Origin: Deinococcales bacterium
GTDB taxonomy: Bacteria; Deinococcota; Deinococci; Deinococcales; JAAFIG01
NCBI GenBank assembly: GCA_031414595.1
Contig: JANNVX010000108.1
Location: 1-11,915, forward strand
Length of the DNA stretch: 11,915 bases
Direction of reading: 5' to 3'
Shown in pieces: positions 7,873-11,915 of this stretch (positions are counted from its first letter, which is position 1; every line of letters starts with the position of its first letter). The translations under genes and the position numbers were made by a program. The notes beneath the pieces are model-generated. The model had not been told where the DNA came from. It did no database searches and saw nothing but the letters and a program-made list of their open reading frames with translations.

Positions 7873-9354
7873 ATGGTCATTTTCGATGAGCGGTTTATTG
7901 ACAATCAAAAAAATTGGTTCACGGGAGTTACCCCTGATTATGTGCTGACACTCGAGCCAGAGCGCTATGTGTTTGAGCATTTACGAGAAAAAGGCAGTTG
8001 GATGGTTTGGAAAGATTGTGGTTTTTACTATGATAAACCCAAATTTAAGCTGCATCTGGTGACACAAAAACTCGAGGGCATAGACAACAATGGATACGGT
8101 CTTGTCTGGGGTTTAGAGGATAGCAGCAATTGTTTTGAATTTGTGATTTCGGGTGATGGTCATTTTCGGATTGCTCGGTATAAAGCTGGTGTACATCAAC
8201 TCATTGTGGATTGGACCCGTTCTGAAAACATTCAGCAATGGAATACGGTTAATCTTCTCGAGCTACAACGCGAAGCTGATTTGCTCAATTTTTTCATCAA
8301 TGGTGTTCTGGTTCATTCTCATGCAGCCTCCGAGTTACTGACTGTAACGGGGCGCAACACAGGTTTTATTGTCTATCAAAAAAACAAAGTGGCATTTCAT
8401 AGTTTGTACATCAGCACCAACGAAAACGATTACGCCCCTCCACCATTACCAGAAGGGGCTGTCTTACAGGGATTAGACCCTGCCCTCGAGAACGATTCGC
8501 TCGAGGCAGTCACCGCCGAGTTAGACAGTTTAATTGGTTTACAAGAAATAAAACAAAGTTTTAAGCAACTCAAGAACTTCTTAAAGGTGCAACTTGAACG
8601 CAAGGAACGCGGCTTAAAAACCGCCGATATGAGTCTGCATTTGGTACTGACCGGACCACCCGGCACGGGTAAAACCACAGTGGCACGGTTGGTTGGGCGA
8701 CTCTATAAGCAACTTGGTTTTTTGAAACGTGGGCATTTAATCGAAACCGATAGGGCTGGCTTGGTGGCTGGCTACATTGGGCAAACCGCCATGAAAGTCG
8801 ATGAAATTGTTAATCGGGCGTTGGATGGGGTGCTTTTTATTGATGAGGCGTATGCTCTTGCCCCTCGGGATGGTGACTTTGGGCATCGTGACTTTGGCTA
8901 TGAAGCCATCGAAACCCTGCTAAAACGACTCGAGGATCACCGTGACCGTCTATGTGTGGTGATTGCTGGCTATCCCGATGAGATGACCCATTTCTTGGAC
9001 TCTAACCCTGGGGTGCGTTCACGCTTTAATCGCTTTTTTGAATTTAATCATTTTGGAGCGGCTGAACTGCTGATTATTCTCGAGAAATTAGCGGCTGATG
9101 ATGGGTATTTTTTTGATGCACGAGCCAAAGAACTCTGTGGCTATGTGTTTGAAGGCGCACTCGAGTTACCGCCTCGCAACTTTGGCAATGCTCGGTTTGC
9201 CAGAAACTTGTTTGAAAAAATTCTCGAGCAGCAGTCGAATCGTGTGGCAGAAGAAGCCGACGATTTATCCGACGAAGCCTTATCGTTAATTCTGCCCGAG
9301 GACATTCCCGATGACACGGGCGCACCGCGTTTACCCAAGCAAGTGCTGAATTAA
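7873..9354 (+). CDS. AAA+ ATPase of the CbbX/SpoVK type with an N-terminal beta-sandwich (ConA-like) domain
   Basis: Contains ELDSLIGL, HLVLTGPPGTGKTTVAR (Walker A), LVAGYIGQTA, GVLFIDEAY (Walker B), NPGVRSRF and FGNARFARNL. The N-terminal ~185 aa is beta-rich (GYGLVW, FVISGDG.F.I, FFING). Confidence 0.88.
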   Translation: MVIFDERFIDNQKNWFTGVTPDYVLTLEPERYVFEHLREKGSWMVWKDCGFYYDKPKFKLHLVTQKLEGIDNNGYGLVWGLEDSSNCFEFVISGDGHFRIARYKAGVHQLIVDWTRSENIQQWNTVNLLELQREADLLNFFINGVLVHSHAASELLTVTGRNTGFIVYQKNKVAFHSLYISTNENDYAPPPLPEGAVLQGLDPALENDSLEAVTAELDSLIGLQEIKQSFKQLKNFLKVQLERKERGLKTADMSLHLVLTGPPGTGKTTVARLVGRLYKQLGFLKRGHLIETDRAGLVAGYIGQTAMKVDEIVNRALDGVLFIDEAYALAPRDGDFGHRDFGYEAIETLLKRLEDHRDRLCVVIAGYPDEMTHFLDSNPGVRSRFNRFFEFNHFGAAELLIILEKLAADDGYFFDARAKELCGYVFEGALELPPRNFGNARFARNLFEKILEQQSNRVAEEADDLSDEALSLILPEDIPDDTGAPRLPKQVLN

Positions 9355-9380
9355 ACCTTGGAGATGGGTTAAACTGCCTT

Positions 9381-10124
9381 GTGCGACGAGTGATTTTAAC
9401 GGTTTTTTTAATGCTGGTAACATTTACAACTGTGGCAGCCCCGCAAAGTAATGGGGTTCTGGTGCGGCAACTCGAGTTTCAAGGCAACCAATTTACTGTG
9501 GTCAGTGCCGATTTACGCTTGGTGCAAATTAAAATGTTCTGGAAAGACGTTAGCGGAAAGCCGTTTTCGAGTTTAGAGAATTTAGAGAAGCACTTAACCA
9601 AAAATAACATTCGTTTACTAGCAGCCACCAACGCTGGCATTTTTGATACTTCTCAAGCCCCACTTGGACTGCATATCGAACGCGGTCAGGTCTTGCATCC
9701 ATTAAAGACCCGACGCAGTGGCTATGGGAATTTTTATTTGCAGCCCAACGGCGTGTTTTATTTGGCTAAATCTGGAGCGCGAATTCTCGAGACTTTAGAA
9801 TTCCAGCGCATCTCCCCTACTGCCTTAGAAGCCACACAATCTGGACCGATGCTGGTGCGGAATGGCAAAATCCATGCGGCTTTTCAAAAAAACAGCTTTA
9901 ATCGTTTGCCACGCAATATGATTGGTGTAGAAAACTCGCAAAATGTGCATTTGGTGATCAGCGACGATTGGGTGAATTTTTACGACACCGCACTTTTTAT
10001 GCGTGATGTCTTAAAGTGCCAAAATGCGCTGTATCTAGATGGCAGTATTTCTGCCATGCGAATCCCAAATTCTCGAGAAGATGACGACGGAGAATTTGGC
10101 GGCATGATTGGGATTGTTCAATAA
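9381..10124 (+). CDS. Secreted phosphodiester glycosidase family protein (YigE/DUF2233/NAGPA-like)
   Basis: Signal peptide followed by TNAGIF, PLGLHIE, GNFYLQPNGVF, ATQSGPMLV and ALYLDGSIS. TAAACT lies 5 nt before the GTG. Confidence 0.88.
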   Translation: MRRVILTVFLMLVTFTTVAAPQSNGVLVRQLEFQGNQFTVVSADLRLVQIKMFWKDVSGKPFSSLENLEKHLTKNNIRLLAATNAGIFDTSQAPLGLHIERGQVLHPLKTRRSGYGNFYLQPNGVFYLAKSGARILETLEFQRISPTALEATQSGPMLVRNGKIHAAFQKNSFNRLPRNMIGVENSQNVHLVISDDWVNFYDTALFMRDVLKCQNALYLDGSISAMRIPNSREDDDGEFGGMIGIVQ

Positions 10125-10125
10125 G

Positions 10126-10713
10126 TCAACTCGGTACTTTGCGAAAACCATCAAGGAGCATTCCACAAAATGAATCTGCCACTTCCTTGGCGGTTAAACG
10201 CCCGTTGGGGTTAAGCCATTGGTATGTCCAATTGGCACTGGATAAAGAGAGTAAACTCGCCAGTCTAAAATCAAGGTCTTTACGAAAATGGGCGTTACGA
10301 ACACCCTCCTCGAGAATCTGACGGTAAATTCGTTCGACACTGGCGCGGCGCTCGGTGATTTCTTCCATTTTAATAATTGGTAAGTGCTTCCATTCATGAA
10401 AAAATACCGTCACAATTTCTCGGTTTTGTGAAATCACATTAAAATGGGCTTCTAAAGCCGAACGAAGTTTTTCTGGGGCAGCCATTCGGCTATCTCTGAT
10501 TGGCTCGAGGGCTGTATCGAACTCATCGGCAGCACGATTGACAATTTCCCAGAGCAGTTCTTCTTTGCTCGAGATATGGGCGTACAGACTTCCGCCTTGT
10601 ACCCCAAGAGCATGGGCGAGGTCACGCATACTGGTGGCGTGATAACCCCGTTCAGAAAAGAGTTTTGCCGAAGCCTTATAAATTTGTTCTTTGCGGGAAG
10701 TTGCGTCTGCCAT
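10126..10713 (-). CDS. TetR/AcrR family transcriptional regulator
   Basis: N-terminal HTH: RKEQIYKASAKLFSERGYHATSMRDLA..LGVQGGSLYAHISSKEELL. The C-terminal NWTYQWLNPNG resembles KstR2/PaaR-type proteins. TAAACT (10720-10725) lies 6 nt before the ATG. Confidence 0.95.
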   Translation of the reverse strand: MADATSRKEQIYKASAKLFSERGYHATSMRDLAHALGVQGGSLYAHISSKEELLWEIVNRAADEFDTALEPIRDSRMAAPEKLRSALEAHFNVISQNREIVTVFFHEWKHLPIIKMEEITERRASVERIYRQILEEGVRNAHFRKDLDFRLASLLSLSSANWTYQWLNPNGRLTAKEVADSFCGMLLDGFRKVPS

Positions 10714-10738
10714 TTCAGTAGTTTACTGCTTTTTCTGG

Positions 10739-10779
10739 GCTTAATCCGCACTGAGTTTGGGTTGCTTAATCTGCACTGA
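10739..10779. promoter_or_regulatory. 16-bp direct repeat over the tetR promoter region (candidate operator)
   Basis: GCTTAATCCGCACTGA (10739-10754) and GCTTAATCTGCACTGA (10764-10779): 1 mismatch, 25-bp period. Confidence 0.5.
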
Positions 10780-11026
10780 CCGCCTCGAGATAGCCAGAAT
10801 TCTAAAAGCAGCAGGACAAACTATGAGGCAAATCCAAACTACCATAAGATTGAGTGCCGAATAACTCGAGCAGCACGGAATTTCTTAGAAAATGCTAAAG
10901 AACCCAAACCCTGCTCGAGATGGCGGGTTTTTACTGACTTGAAATGCTGTGATTTACCAATGCACAAGCACCAACAGCAGGCTCGAGCCAAGGCGGGAAT
11001 TTATGAGAGTTTGCATTACATACTTT

Positions 11027-11248
11027 TCAAGAGTTATGTGACCAATCTAGAATTTGTGGTTTGTACGCAAGGGCTATATCAACAACTTCTTCTGGACTTA
11101 AGTCTTGTAGGTCAGTAAGAATCAAATCGAATGAATTTGGATGTGGCACTTCCTTATTAAAAGTTTCTATGAGCTTCAGCAACTCTTCATCGCTTCCACG
11201 ATGGTTACGAATATCTGCAACCAGTATTATGAGTTGTTCTCGTTCCAT
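11027..11248 (-). CDS. Bacteriocin (colicin E/pyocin DNase-type) immunity protein, 73 aa
   Basis: MEREQLIILVADIRNHRGSDEELLKLIETFNKEVPHPNSFDLILTDLQDLSPEEVVDIALAYKPQIL matches the Im7/Im9-like pattern (EEEL..L...F....HP..SDLI....SPE.IV). It starts 1 nt after the stop of an HNH toxin remnant. Confidence 0.8.
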   Translation of the reverse strand: MEREQLIILVADIRNHRGSDEELLKLIETFNKEVPHPNSFDLILTDLQDLSPEEVVDIALAYKPQILDWSHNS

Positions 11249-11249
11249 G

Positions 11250-11399
11250 CTATCGACCCCAATTTCCAAAATGATAGCTTGGAACAACGTCAAGGTTATT
11301 CTAGTCATAAACACCACCTCCAAGCTGGATTGGCGTTACATGATGTAAAGCATAACTAATATGTCTGCCATAGTGGTGAATTTGTTGTGCGCGAGGTGC
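11250..11399 (-). pseudogene. Remnant of a colicin-E-type HNH nuclease toxin C-terminus
   Basis: Reads APRAQQIHHYGRHISYALHHVTPIQLGGGVYD*NNLDVVPSYHFGNWGR*, resembling the colicin E9/E7 tip (..[37 protein letters not shown]). Premature TAG at 11301-11303. Confidence 0.8.
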
Positions 11400-11406
11400 T
11401 AAGTAC

Positions 11407-11547
11407 CTCATAGGCAAGGACTTTATCGTCAATTTGTAAACTCTAGATTGCAACAGCACTTAGAATTGCTTTCCCAACTTTCTGTAAGGTTTGGGTCAGG
11501 GTCTTCACAGGTTTTAGTGTACTCGAGTTTTGGGATTCACGCTCGAG
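11407..11547 (-). pseudogene. Probable fragment of a pretoxin Hint (intein-like) domain
   Basis: In a different frame from the HNH remnant: ..QKVGKAILSAVAI*SLQIDDKVLAYE, resembling the Hint motif 'pIe.l..GDkVlayd'. Internal TAG at 11443-11445. Confidence 0.5.
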
Positions 11548-11593
11548 GCTGTGGTAAGTAAGCATTTTAACTCTAGGAAAATAAGTACCACCC

Positions 11594-11602
11594 TGCTACT
11601 AT
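11594..11602 (+). promoter_or_regulatory. Extended -10 promoter (TGcTACTAT) 7 nt before the Rpn ATG; leaderless-type
   Basis: ccTGcTACTATttttatcATG, conserved with the left paralog. Confidence 0.6.
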
Positions 11603-11609
11603 TTTTATC

Positions 11610-11915
11610 ATGATGAACACCTTCGTTAATCCATTTACAGATTTTGGATTTAAGAAAATTTTTGGTGAGGAGGCATCTAAACCACACCTGATTGATTTCC
11701 TGAATTCAATTTTACCAGAGGTTGCACAAATCAAAGATTTAAGTTTTAAGAACCCAGAACAACTACCAAAAGGCGAAAATGACCGGAAAGCAATTTACGA
11801 TATTTACTGCCAAGGATTAAATGGCGAATACTTTATTGTTGAACTGCAAAAACTCAAGCAGAACTTCTTTAAGGACAGAACACTGTTCTATGCAACTTTT
11901 CCGATTCAGGAGCAA
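11610..11915 (+). CDS. Rpn family recombination-promoting nuclease / PD-(D/E)XK putative transposase, 5' part only (102 codons), paralog of 1-306
   Basis: MMNTFVNPFTDFGFKKIFGEEASKPHLIDFLNSILPEVAQ...IVELQKLKQNFFKDRTLFYATFPIQEQ. 99 of 102 residues are identical to the left copy. Confidence 0.9.
   Translation, partial: MMNTFVNPFTDFGFKKIFGEEASKPHLIDFLNSILPEVAQIKDLSFKNPEQLPKGENDRKAIYDIYCQGLNGEYFIVELQKLKQNFFKDRTLFYATFPIQEQ

Noticed and set aside
7255-7980. 241-aa ORF as given in the ORF track
   Set aside because: The N-terminal 92 aa overlap the AAA gene and the repeat. The lipoprotein signal and -10 box point to ATG 7704.
10780-11119. Stop-free plus-strand frame of about 113 codons
   Set aside because: It has no start codon until late, overlaps the immunity gene antisense and shows no recognisable motif.
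11249-11323. N-terminal extension of the immunity ORF (TTG 11323)
   Set aside because: It overlaps the HNH remnant in another frame. Family resemblance starts at ATG 11248.
1-11915. Linear plasmid/phage or transposon with 141-bp terminal inverted repeats
   Set aside because: The repeats are internal parts of two Rpn coding sequences cut at the same codon, and the cargo is housekeeping genes. A contig break at a repeat is the simpler explanation.

Overview
Bacterial chromosomal segment, probably Deinococcota. This is inferred from TANNNT -10 boxes directly in front of start codons, a short TsaB and the overall gene style. The core is housekeeping: pdxS-pdxT, a membrane protein, a serine-palmitoyltransferase-like PLP enzyme, a minus-strand run of lipoprotein-tsaB-phnC-phnE (unusually long PhnE, no phnD), a beta-sandwich/CbbX-SpoVK-type AAA+ ATPase fusion, a YigE/NAGPA-family protein and a TetR regulator. 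Several things are missed by the ORF track. (1) Both ends carry the 5' 102 codons of two paralogous Rpn/PD-(D/E)XK nuclease genes pointing outward. They are identical over the terminal 141 bp, and their homology extends upstream to a shared CGCTCGAGGC. (2) A decayed Hint + colicin-type HNH toxin remnant sits 1 nt upstream of an intact colicin/pyocin-type immunity gene. (3) A 24-bp tandem repeat in a divergent promoter region may encode a leaderless 31-aa peptide or a GGA-rich small RNA. (4) The palindrome CTCGAG occurs about 58 times by manual count, roughly 20-fold over expectation, behaving like a highly iterated palindrome.
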